64,000 nucleotides of DNA, taken from positions 16,898 to 80,897 of the forward strand of contig JALVQA010000009.1 in assembly GCA_027031495.1 (NCBI GenBank), read 5' to 3'. The notes beneath the pieces were generated by a model. That model saw only the letters and a program-made list of their open reading frames with translations. It searched no databases and was not told where the DNA came from. Positions 48,283 through 56,927 of the stretch are shown piece by piece. Source of the DNA: Candidatus Moraniibacteriota bacterium. GTDB taxonomy: Bacteria; Patescibacteriota; Minisyncoccia; Moranbacterales; GCA-2747515. Within the stretch, counting starts at the first letter, position 1; each line of letters starts with the position of its first letter. The translations under genes and the position numbers were made by a program.

Positions 48283-50622
48283 TTATAAAAGCTCTTTATA
48301 TAATTTATCGTACTGTTTTGACATATTTTCTACAGTATATTTCTCCTTGATTTTTTTGCGTCCTTGCAATGCTTTTTTGCGCCATGTTGTATGATTACGA
48401 TACATCGCAACCATAGCATTTTTAATGCTATCGATATTCTTAATATTTTTATCGTTAGTATAAAAATTATGCACATCTTTTGGAGATATATCTGAGACAT
48501 CATTATACGGATTATCTACTATAATGCCAATGTCAGAATCATTAATTACATCTCTTGCAGATCCAATATCCGACAAAATCATTGGCAACTGCGCATACAT
48601 TGCCTCTAAAACAGCAATGCTACAACCTTCAATAAGTGATGGCATAATAAAACAGTCTGACATCTGTAATATGCTCATAACCTTTTTCTTCGGCATATAT
48701 TTCATAATGCGAATATTTTTGTCGAGATGCCGTTTTTTAATCTCACTTGCTATATAATCATAGCATGATTTGTCCAAAATATTGCCCATAAAAATCATTT
48801 TGAACTTTGGATATTTTTCAATGAGCCGATCCATTGCAACGACCATGCTAATATGGAATTTATGCCAGTTAAATGAAGCAATATTAATAAAGATAAAATC
48901 ATCTTCAGAAAATCCATATACATCACGGCATCCTTTTTCAAAATTTTTCACTAAATCTACATTGATACCATTTAATATAACAGAAATGTTATCTTTTTCG
49001 ATATGAAATTTTTCTGTGAAGTATTCCTTTACCTGACTTGAAACAGCAACAAACCGATCAATGCCCGCATAAAACCTCTTTCTAGATTTAATAAATTCTT
49101 TGTCAGCCCAGATATAGTTGTTATGTATCGTGTAGACACTTTTAATACCCAATTTTCTATATATATCGAAACCAAAATCACTGTAGTGAAAATGTATAAT
49201 ATCGGGTCGGTATTTATTTAGCACTTTCTTTAAAAGAAACCTGTTTCCATGTAGATTAATTACGTTAATTCCGCTTTTTTTTGCAACTTTTTCCATGTAC
49301 CCATTCTTACCAAATGATGCAATTACACAAACATTGTAGGTTTCTTTAAGTGAACGAGCCAGAGCAAAGACAACCTCTTCTAATCCACCTTTATCAAAAG
49401 AATGCACTTGCAAAAAAATTAATTTCGCTTTTCTTTCATTAAAATGTAAACGTTGTTGATTTATTGACAAAAGAGCGTGAAAGAATAAAATACCATTTTT
49501 TATGTTGGTTAAAGGCACATACTTCATTAAACAAAAATTCTTGGTTTTTTCTTTGCAATGCCTTACAAAGATATTCGGTTTCTTTATAACTCTCGTAATA
49601 TTTTTTTTATAACGAACGTACACATTTCTCAATTGCCAAAATTTTGATGATTTCATATATCGAATTTCAAAATCTTTCTGTGCATTCACTTTTTCTTGCT
49701 CAGCTATCTGTTTTGAGAGTTGTGCATTCACTTTTTCTTGCTCAGCTATCTGTTTTGAGAGTTGTGCATTCACTTTTTCTTGCTCAGCTATCTGTTTTGA
49801 GAGCTTATTTATTTGTTCCAAAAGAATGTAGAATTTTTCATCTCTTTTTGTTCCTTTGTTTAAAAAGGCATCACTTGCAAGATTAACAACGTCTTCATAA
49901 CTAAAATCATCACTACCAGTCAAAAAAACCACCTTATTATGACGTAATTTATCACTGATAAAATTAGCTATTTCTCGTTGCTTTGCGCTATCCGTATAAT
50001 CAATATTTAAAAAATCACAAACTCTTCGTAATTCTTTATGCGCATCAACAAAATAGTTATCAAAGAATGTAAAAATCCTATCTTTGCCTTTCGTGTATTT
50101 TAAAATTGATCTAATATACGTTAACCACAACATTATACCATCGTCCAGGTTAATGCCATCACGCTTGTGTAATGACGCCGCTACATTTGCTGGATGCCTA
50201 ACAGGAATCACATATTTCATATGCGGAATAACTTTTTGCCAAAAAGGAAGCGTCAACGACGTTCTCGGCTCCTTAAATCCCCAAATTTCATGTGCACCAT
50301 TCATTTTTTTAACAACTTCTCGTGCTCTTTCATACAACTGATTTAATCTCTTATCGTCTTCCCATTTATCAAGAAGTCTTGGCGGCATGTCCCACGTACC
50401 GCCAAAGGTTTCGAGTATCTTTTCATTAATATGAAGAATTTCTATATTCTCCCAATGTCCCTTTATATTTTCACTATAACTCTTTGTCATGATGTTTTTC
50501 TCATCACCAAGAGATAGGCCACAAATATTCAAAAGGCGTGTTATCATTGACGTACCACTTCTGTGCATTCCCAGTATACAGACAACTGTATTCTCTTTCC
50601 TGTTCATAATTTTGTTCAGCAT
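48283..50622 (-). CDS. Sulfotransferase-glycosyltransferase (GT4) fusion protein with tandem-repeat coiled-coil linker
   Basis: The N-terminal domain has a PAPS 5'-PSB loop (GMHRSGTSM) and a 3'-PB motif (VRHPANVAAS). The linker is LSKQIAEQEKVNAQ x3. The C-terminal GT4 has the EX7E-type motif (PSLIEGCSIAVLEAMYAQLPMI). I chose the start at an internal Met to avoid overlap with sat. Confidence 0.8.
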   Translation of the reverse strand: MLNKIMNRKENTVVCILGMHRSGTSMITRLLNICGLSLGDEKNIMTKSYSENIKGHWENIEILHINEKILETFGGTWDMPPRLLDKWEDDKRLNQLYERAREVVKKMNGAHEIWGFKEPRTSLTLPFWQKVIPHMKYVIPVRHPANVAASLHKRDGINLDDGIMLWLTYIRSILKYTKGKDRIFTFFDNYFVDAHKELRRVCDFLNIDYTDSAKQREIANFISDKLRHNKVVFLTGSDDFSYEDVVNLASDAFLNKGTKRDEKFYILLEQINKLSKQIAEQEKVNAQLSKQIAEQEKVNAQLSKQIAEQEKVNAQKDFEIRYMKSSKFWQLRNVYVRYKKNITRVIKKPNIFVRHCKEKTKNFCLMKYVPLTNIKNGILFFHALLSINQQRLHFNERKAKLIFLQVHSFDKGGLEEVVFALARSLKETYNVCVIASFGKNGYMEKVAKKSGINVINLHGNRFLLKKVLNKYRPDIIHFHYSDFGFDIYRKLGIKSVYTIHNNYIWADKEFIKSRKRFYAGIDRFVAVSSQVKEYFTEKFHIEKDNISVILNGINVDLVKNFEKGCRDVYGFSEDDFIFINIASFNWHKFHISMVVAMDRLIEKYPKFKMIFMGNILDKSCYDYIASEIKKRHLDKNIRIMKYMPKKKVMSILQMSDCFIMPSLIEGCSIAVLEAMYAQLPMILSDIGSARDVINDSDIGIIVDNPYNDVSDISPKDVHNFYTNDKNIKNIDSIKNAMVAMYRNHTTWRKKALQGRKKIKEKYTVENMSKQYDKLYKELL
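49681..49806. repeat. Three perfect 42-nt tandem repeats inside the sulfotransferase-GT4 gene
   Basis: tgcattcactttttcttgctcagctatctgttttgagagttg occurs three times, identical at the nucleotide level. It encodes a 14-aa heptad-like repeat. Confidence 0.9.
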
Positions 50623-50626
50623 TTTA

Positions 50627-51694
50627 TCAATCAACAAATATGCTTTTTCTACTCTCCAAATACGCCACAACCTCTTTCCGCATAAATTTATCAGGAATTT
50701 CTTCTTTTTCGATCAGTCTGCGACGCAACTCTGTACCGGATAAAAAGACTTTGTCATCATCTGTGTGCGGACACGTACCATCAGGCGTCATGTTCTCACA
50801 CTTTTTACAATAACACACATTGTTATATTTGAATATTTTAATACAAAGTTCATCCTCACGAAACCGCTTGAAAATATTTTGTGCATCATACGTACCATAA
50901 TAATTGCCGACACCGGCATGGTCGCGTCCGATAATCATGTGCGTGCACCCAAAATTTTTCCGTACTTGCGCATGGAAAACAGCCTCACGCGGACCGGCAT
51001 AGCGCATATAGGTGTGAAATGTTGACAATTCAACCGTATCTTTTTTGTAGTAGCGCTCAATGAGAATGTTATAAGCGCCGATGATGTATTCATCCTTGAT
51101 ATCACCTTCCTTTTTTGGCCCGATAACCGGTTGAATAAGGAGACCATCTACCTGTGCTAGAGCACGTTTTTGCAAGAATTCATGTGAGCGGTGTGGTGGG
51201 TTGCGTGTTTGAAACGCAACAATATGCGTCCAAGCGTGTTTCTTAAAGATCTCCTTCATTTCTGCCGGTGTTTTGTAGTATGGATACGTATTTTTAAATT
51301 CGCGCCCGACAACACGATCTACGTTGCCGCCGACAAAGTATTCCTTCAATCCATATAACCGCGCAACGCCGGGATGTTTTTTGTCGGTTGTGCCATAAAG
51401 TGCCTGCGCCATGCGATCACGATCAATTTTATAGATACTTGGTTTGGAAATATAGAACTGTTTACCTTCTCTGTTTTCAATAATAAAATCGTTGTCACCA
51501 ATCTCTTCTTTTTGCTCACGTGTTATGTCAAGAATAATTGGCATCGCCCATATGCGTCCATCTGTCAGACGGAAATGTGTGGCAATGCTCTCAAAATCGT
51601 CCTTGCCCGTAAAACCTTTTAGTGGCGCGTAAACACCATCAGCAATATTGCACGCCTCTTGCATGACAACATCATCAACAAGTATTTTCTTCAT
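50627..51694 (-). CDS. sat: Sulfate adenylyltransferase (ATP sulfurylase, homo-oligomeric Sat type)
   Basis: Carries QTRNPPHRSHE and GRDHAG motifs. Confidence 0.9.
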   Translation of the reverse strand: MKKILVDDVVMQEACNIADGVYAPLKGFTGKDDFESIATHFRLTDGRIWAMPIILDITREQKEEIGDNDFIIENREGKQFYISKPSIYKIDRDRMAQALYGTTDKKHPGVARLYGLKEYFVGGNVDRVVGREFKNTYPYYKTPAEMKEIFKKHAWTHIVAFQTRNPPHRSHEFLQKRALAQVDGLLIQPVIGPKKEGDIKDEYIIGAYNILIERYYKKDTVELSTFHTYMRYAGPREAVFHAQVRKNFGCTHMIIGRDHAGVGNYYGTYDAQNIFKRFREDELCIKIFKYNNVCYCKKCENMTPDGTCPHTDDDKVFLSGTELRRRLIEKEEIPDKFMRKEVVAYLESRKSIFVD

Positions 51695-51701
51695 ATCTTT
51701 A

Positions 51702-52490
51702 TCATTCTCTAGAGCAGAGTGTCATATCACCGTTTGTTACAATATAGCCGTTGCGTAATTTTGTGTTGGCACAATTATAAAAAATTCTGCGCCCTTTTTT
51801 GTCACAAATATTCCCGCCGGCTTCACGCACAATAACATCGCCGGCGCAAATATCCCATATACCGCTTTTATCACTGGAGTTAATGTAGAGCTCCGCCTCA
51901 CCTGCTGCAATTTTGCACATTTTAAGACCTGCTGATCCCATGGGAATAGGCCGCATACTATACAGGCGAGCGATGTCTTGCTCCCATGTGCCCAGATGAT
52001 TTCTGCTTGTTAGAATTCTGCCACCCTTTAGTGGTTTTTTGCTGACAAAAATGCGTTCTTTCACAGAACCTCTTTGCAAGAAAGCGCCCGTATCACGGAT
52101 GGCATAGTACAGAACATCCATTGCCGGTGCATACACAACGCCGGCAACAGCACACCGGCTACTATCAATCAAACCAATCATAATGCTGAAGTCACCGGTT
52201 TTTTGAATAAAATCCTTTGTGCCATCAATAGGATCAATAATCCAGATGTATTCACTTTCAGATGCCACAGAAGTATCACCACCTTCTTCACTGAGAACCG
52301 GAAAGCTATAACGTGATAATTTGTCTGTCACAAGACGATGCACTGCCATGTCCGCTGCTGTAACAGGAGATTTGTCGCGTTTCTGCTCAATGGCATACGA
52401 CGCATTATAAAACGTCAGTGCAACGTCACCGGCTGCACGCGCTATGTCAATAATGTCGTCAATTTCAATGGGAATGCTTTTTAGCGTCAT
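51702..52490 (-). CDS. cysQ: 3'(2'),5'-bisphosphate nucleotidase (CysQ/IMPase family)
   Basis: Carries EEGG and WIIDPIDGTKDFI as IMPase metal-binding motifs. It lies between sat and cysC. I chose the start at the internal Met (MTLKSIPIE...), since the listed ORF overlaps cysC. Confidence 0.75.
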   Translation of the reverse strand: MTLKSIPIEIDDIIDIARAAGDVALTFYNASYAIEQKRDKSPVTAADMAVHRLVTDKLSRYSFPVLSEEGGDTSVASESEYIWIIDPIDGTKDFIQKTGDFSIMIGLIDSSRCAVAGVVYAPAMDVLYYAIRDTGAFLQRGSVKERIFVSKKPLKGGRILTSRNHLGTWEQDIARLYSMRPIPMGSAGLKMCKIAAGEAELYINSSDKSGIWDICAGDVIVREAGGNICDKKGRRIFYNCANTKLRNGYIVTNGDMTLCSRE

Positions 52491-53010
52491 TGTATTTCTT
52501 TTCAATATATGCAATGATTTTTTGTACACTTTCATCAATGCTCTCCTTCTCCGTATCAACCACAATCTCCGGCTTTGTCGGCTCTTCAAAAGGATCTTGT
52601 ACGCCTGTAAAATCTTTAATCTCACCTCTCTTTGCTTTCGCATACATCCCCTTTACGTCTCGCTCCATACACTTCTTTACACTTGCCCTTACGTACACTT
52701 CCACAAAATTTTCACCAATGAGCGCACGCGCACGTTCGCGCATATGACGATACGGTGATACAAACGCCATGGAAACATTAATGCCATTGTTTGCAAGCAT
52801 TTGTGCTACATAAGAAAGGCGTTCAATATTCGCCTCTCTATCAGCTTTGCTGAACCCAAGATCTTTGCTGATTGTTGTGCGTACAACATCACCATCAAGA
52901 CGTTGAAACGGCAAATCCTTTTGACGAAAATACTCCTCAATCCCCAGCGAAAGAGTCGTTTTACCACTACATGGCAGTCCCGTAAGCCACAAAACGATAC
53001 CATTTTTCAT
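52465..53010 (-). CDS. cysC: Adenylylsulfate (APS) kinase
   Basis: Carries GLPCSGKTT as the P-loop. Length and motifs match CysC. Confidence 0.9.
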   Translation of the reverse strand: MKNGIVLWLTGLPCSGKTTLSLGIEEYFRQKDLPFQRLDGDVVRTTISKDLGFSKADREANIERLSYVAQMLANNGINVSMAFVSPYRHMRERARALIGENFVEVYVRASVKKCMERDVKGMYAKAKRGEIKDFTGVQDPFEEPTKPEIVVDTEKESIDESVQKIIAYIEKKYNDAKKHSH

Positions 53011-53016
53011 AACACT

Positions 53017-54315
53017 TTAGCGTTTTTTTGACCACTTATGTTCAATGCGCATTATACCACCACCAGCACCTTCTTTATGCACGATTTTGACAATCTTTTC
53101 GTTTATTTCCTTACACGAAATAGTATCAATAATAACAATATCATTATCACCCTTTCTCTCAAAAACAACAGCGCGTACATAGATTTCACCCATATTAAAC
53201 ACATTGTCTTTGAAGAAAATTTTGATTGTATTTTTTCCCGTGCGCCACTTGCAATCAAAATGGTCATTATGCGTATTATTGCCGCAAAGAAAAGCATCGT
53301 TACTGTTATCAAAAATTTGCACCGCAAGAAAAAGGTTTTTTCTTCGTCGCCTCACATCAACCGTCGTTTCAATACTAAACGGTTCACCATGTGCAATTTC
53401 CATCAATTCATTGCCACGTGCATCAAACAACTGTATATCTTCTATGACAGCATCTTTTTCTTTTCTTCCCTTCTCCTTGTTCTTTTTTATTTCTTTTTCC
53501 CGCTCTTCTTCTTGTCTCTTTATGTGTTCTCTCTCTTCCAATTCTTTCCTCTGACGAGCATGCATGTTTTTCGCAATATACGCATCACACACGGTATCAA
53601 CATCACCAACTTCAAGAACTGTGCCGTTGTGTAACAACAATGCGCGGTTACAGTACTCACGCACAATACCTATGTCATGCGTTACAAGAATAACTGTTTT
53701 TTCTTGGTTCTTGTATCTCTTAAAAGTATCAAGGCACTTCTTTTGAAAGTTACTGTCCCCTACCGCGAGGACTTCGTCCATCAGGAGAATGTCGCGGTTG
53801 GCGTGGATGGAGACGGCGAAGGCGAGGCGGACTTGCATGCCGCTGGAGTAGTTTTTGAGCTTCTGATCTATGAAACGTTCCAGCTCGGCGAAGCGCACAA
53901 TGTCGTTGAATTTCTTGTCAATCTCCTTGCGCGAGAGCCCGAGTACCGTCGCGTTCAGGTACACATTGTCCCGCCCGGAGAGCTCCGGATTGAAGCCAAT
54001 CCCCAGTTCCAGAAACGGCGAGATCCGCCCATTGACCGTGACGCGTCCGCTGTCGGGGCGGTAAATCCCGGCGAGGATTTTCAGGAGTGTACTCTTACCC
54101 GAGCCGTTGCGCCCGATGATGCCAAAAAACTCTCCCTTTTTAACGCTAAAACTTACTTTATCCAGCGCCTTGAATTCTTCGTACGTACGGTCGCCCTTGA
54201 AGGCACTCACAAACGCCCCGCGCAGGCTACTGACCTTCTCATGCGGGATGCGAAACATCTTGGAAACATTATGCACGTCAATTGCATTCTTTAATTGTGT
54301 CTTTTTTGTACGCAT
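53017..54315 (-). CDS. ABC transporter ATP-binding protein for polysaccharide export (Wzt/TagH-like) with C-terminal extension
   Basis: Walker A is GRNGSGKST, the signature is LSGGMQVRLAF and Walker B is ILLMDEVLAVGD. An extra C-terminal domain of about 180 aa is as found in Wzt. Confidence 0.85.
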   Translation of the reverse strand: MRTKKTQLKNAIDVHNVSKMFRIPHEKVSSLRGAFVSAFKGDRTYEEFKALDKVSFSVKKGEFFGIIGRNGSGKSTLLKILAGIYRPDSGRVTVNGRISPFLELGIGFNPELSGRDNVYLNATVLGLSRKEIDKKFNDIVRFAELERFIDQKLKNYSSGMQVRLAFAVSIHANRDILLMDEVLAVGDSNFQKKCLDTFKRYKNQEKTVILVTHDIGIVREYCNRALLLHNGTVLEVGDVDTVCDAYIAKNMHARQRKELEEREHIKRQEEEREKEIKKNKEKGRKEKDAVIEDIQLFDARGNELMEIAHGEPFSIETTVDVRRRRKNLFLAVQIFDNSNDAFLCGNNTHNDHFDCKWRTGKNTIKIFFKDNVFNMGEIYVRAVVFERKGDNDIVIIDTISCKEINEKIVKIVHKEGAGGGIMRIEHKWSKKR

Positions 54316-54337
54316 CTTTTCGATTATAATACAGTTC

Positions 54338-55120
54338 TTATACCTTCTCTGCAATAGACGGAATCAGGCGACGATATACCCAGATGCTAAATGCAAACGC
54401 GCCGGTAAGAATTGCAACGAACAGCAGCGTCTGGTGCGCATCCGGCAAGTGGTCTTGTGTGAGCGCCATCTTGGTAAAATGCCCGATAAACGCCAGTGGA
54501 TTGAGTAAAATCCACTTATGATACTGCGCCGGCAACAGTGAGAGCGGATAGATGATCGGTGAGGCATAAAAGAGAATCTGTACTACCACATCCCAAATCA
54601 ATGCAATATCACGAAACAAAACCTGTAGTGGTGCTGCCATGAGTGAGAATGACACGATCAGGATAAACAGTGCCAGTGAGAATAAAATGAACAATCCAAT
54701 CGCCTGTAACGACGGCACGAGGTGATACAGCGCAAAAAACAAAATAATCACCGCAATATTCGCGATGTAGATTATCGCGCTATTGAGTGTTGCCGCAAAG
54801 ATAATTGCCCAGCGCGGCACATAGATTTTTGTGACGAGTTGCGACTTGTTTAGGAGTGCATTAAGACCCGCATTTGTTCCCTCCGCAAAAAAATTAAACA
54901 TCATGATCCCGACAAGTAGCTCCAACGCGTAGTAATTTGTCCCATCATTACGCATATTAAAAATAGATGAGAACACAAAGTACAGCACCGTAAATGTCAA
55001 CAGCGGTTTTAGGAGTGCCCAAACATACCCAAGAATAGACCCTTGGTAGCGTAATTTAAAATCCATTTTTGCCAGCATCCAGATGAGTTCTCTGTAGCTC
55101 TCGTGCTGCAACTCTTTCAT
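54338..55120 (-). CDS. ABC-2 type polysaccharide export permease (Wzm/TagG-like)
   Basis: It has six TM helices and an ABC-2 signature region. The gene overlaps the Wzt start by a few nt. Confidence 0.85.
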   Translation of the reverse strand: MKELQHESYRELIWMLAKMDFKLRYQGSILGYVWALLKPLLTFTVLYFVFSSIFNMRNDGTNYYALELLVGIMMFNFFAEGTNAGLNALLNKSQLVTKIYVPRWAIIFAATLNSAIIYIANIAVIILFFALYHLVPSLQAIGLFILFSLALFILIVSFSLMAAPLQVLFRDIALIWDVVVQILFYASPIIYPLSLLPAQYHKWILLNPLAFIGHFTKMALTQDHLPDAHQTLLFVAILTGAFAFSIWVYRRLIPSIAEKV

Positions 55121-55145
55121 AAAAAATGATCAGATCAGTTATTGC

Positions 55146-55307
55146 CTACTTTGTTATGCGTCGATTGCGCCATGCGCGCACAGCAACTTTGCGCTGTCGC
55201 AACCACAGCATCCACTCCGGATGTTTGCGCACAATGTAGTTACAGATGTTTGTGATACCTAAAATGAGCAACGTCAAATAATAAACAATACGTGCTGGTG
55301 AAAGCAT
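55146..55307 (-). CDS. Possible small membrane protein (about 53 aa) at the head of the glycan operon
   Basis: An unlisted short ORF (MLSPARIVYYLTLLILGITNICNYIV...) has one TM helix plus a basic tail. It lies 25 nt upstream of wzm. Confidence 0.2.
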   Translation of the reverse strand: MLSPARIVYYLTLLILGITNICNYIVRKHPEWMLWLRQRKVAVRAWRNRRITK

Positions 55308-55412
55308 GTGTTTTTTGTTTTAACTTAACAGTACACAACGATAGTATAACATATACTTTACGCGTGGAATATTAAAACACTCTCCATGCAATAAATGTAT
55401 CCACTTCTACCA

Positions 55413-56546
55413 CTACGCATCCAAAACAGCAATGCCAGGCAAAGTCTTACCCGCCATAAACTCCAAGAGCGCGCCACCGCCTGTGGAAACAAAATCTATA
55501 GCATCCACTGCATCATAGTACTCCAATGCTTCTAGAGATTCGCCGCCACCAACAACAGTAAAGGCATCTGTTTGTGTAAGTGCCTTCACAATACGCTCCG
55601 TACCGCGTGCGTATTCGTCTTTTTCATACCATCCCATAGGGCCGTTCCATATAACGGTACGCGCACGCATAATGTGTTCAACAAACACATCGCATGTTGC
55701 CGGCCCAATGTCAAAGCGATCACCTACAAAATCCGTCGGCAATACAACGCGCTCTGAAAAAGAAATGTTTTCATCAATAGCTTCATTGGCAATTTTACCA
55801 CCAACGAGGATTGTGTCATACAGCGGCTCAAGTGCGCGAATAAACGGCAGTTTTGTTGCAATTTTCGCACCACCAATTACTGCAACCGCTGGGTGCTCCG
55901 GTGCTGTACGCACACGTGAAAGCGTGGCAACTTCCTGCGCAAGTTGCTCGCCGGCATACGACGGTAACACACACGCAAGCTCAACCACTGACGCATGCAT
56001 GCGATGCGACACGCTAAAAGCATCATTAACGTAAATGTCAAAATTGCGCGCAATGTCACGCGCAAAAGCCATGCGCTCTGCAGTATCATCTGCTGTTTCT
56101 CCCCTATAAAAACGCACATTTTCCAGAAGAACTAGTGATCCAGCTGCACTGCCATCGAGAATATCACGCACATGTTCACCTGTGCACGCATCAGCAAAAA
56201 CAACAGAGCGTCCTAAAATACGTGCAATATCATCTGTTAGTTGTGCCATGGAAAGCTCTCTCGTGTAATATGCGCCGGCATGTGCACTCTCGGATATCGC
56301 CTCATCTCCCTCTTCCTTACCACTTTGCGCACGCTGTTGTTCACACGCCTTACGTGGACGACCAAGATGCCCAAGAAGTGCAACATGCGCACCAGCATCA
56401 CACAAAAAATCAACTGTTCTCTTGAGTGATGCAATGCGAAACTTTTGCTTTGTATCACCATCTTTAATCGGCACATTGAGCGGTGCGCGTACAACAACGC
56501 GCTTGCCAGCAAGATCAGCTGACGCAAGAGAAGAGAGAAGACGCAT
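55413..56546 (-). CDS. pgk: Phosphoglycerate kinase
   Basis: Carries GKRVVVRAPLNVP...RIAS at the N-terminus. The C-terminal nucleotide-binding region reads FVSTGGGALLEFMAGKTLPG. Confidence 0.9.
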   Translation of the reverse strand: MRLLSSLASADLAGKRVVVRAPLNVPIKDGDTKQKFRIASLKRTVDFLCDAGAHVALLGHLGRPRKACEQQRAQSGKEEGDEAISESAHAGAYYTRELSMAQLTDDIARILGRSVVFADACTGEHVRDILDGSAAGSLVLLENVRFYRGETADDTAERMAFARDIARNFDIYVNDAFSVSHRMHASVVELACVLPSYAGEQLAQEVATLSRVRTAPEHPAVAVIGGAKIATKLPFIRALEPLYDTILVGGKIANEAIDENISFSERVVLPTDFVGDRFDIGPATCDVFVEHIMRARTVIWNGPMGWYEKDEYARGTERIVKALTQTDAFTVVGGGESLEALEYYDAVDAIDFVSTGGGALLEFMAGKTLPGIAVLDA

Positions 56547-56554
56547 ATTTTTTC

Positions 56555-56890
56555 CTATTTAAGAATATGATATGAGAACCAGTTAACAACTGTAAGTAAC
56601 AGTGATACCGCAAGAGCGCTCCAGAAACTTGCAATTGCAAATCCCTCAACAAAACTTGCAAGCAAAAGAAGCATTGCTGCATTGATAACAAAGAGGAATA
56701 ACCCAAGCGTCAAAATCGTAATCGGCAATGTCAAAAAAACAAGAATGGGACGCACAGTAATATTAAGTAAGCCAAGCAAAATTGCAACAACAAGCGCAAT
56801 ATAAAATGATGTTACCGTAACACCGGGAATAAGCTTTGTTGCCACAAGTAATGTTAGCGCAACAATAATAAGACGCAAAAGAAAAAACAT
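56555..56890 (-). CDS. DUF360/YvlD-like four-TM membrane protein (holin superfamily IV-like)
   Basis: It is 111 aa with four hydrophobic helices, a pattern typical of the family. Confidence 0.45.
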   Translation of the reverse strand: MFFLLRLIIVALTLLVATKLIPGVTVTSFYIALVVAILLGLLNITVRPILVFLTLPITILTLGLFLFVINAAMLLLLASFVEGFAIASFWSALAVSLLLTVVNWFSYHILK

Positions 56891-56927
56891 AAAAAAAATT
56901 TTTTAATTTTTATAACACATCAAACTA

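Noticed and set aside
49681-49806. Possible CRISPR-like array because of identical repeats
   Set aside because: The repeats are directly tandem with no spacers. They are in-frame within a long ORF and encode a heptad-like peptide repeat. This is not a CRISPR array.
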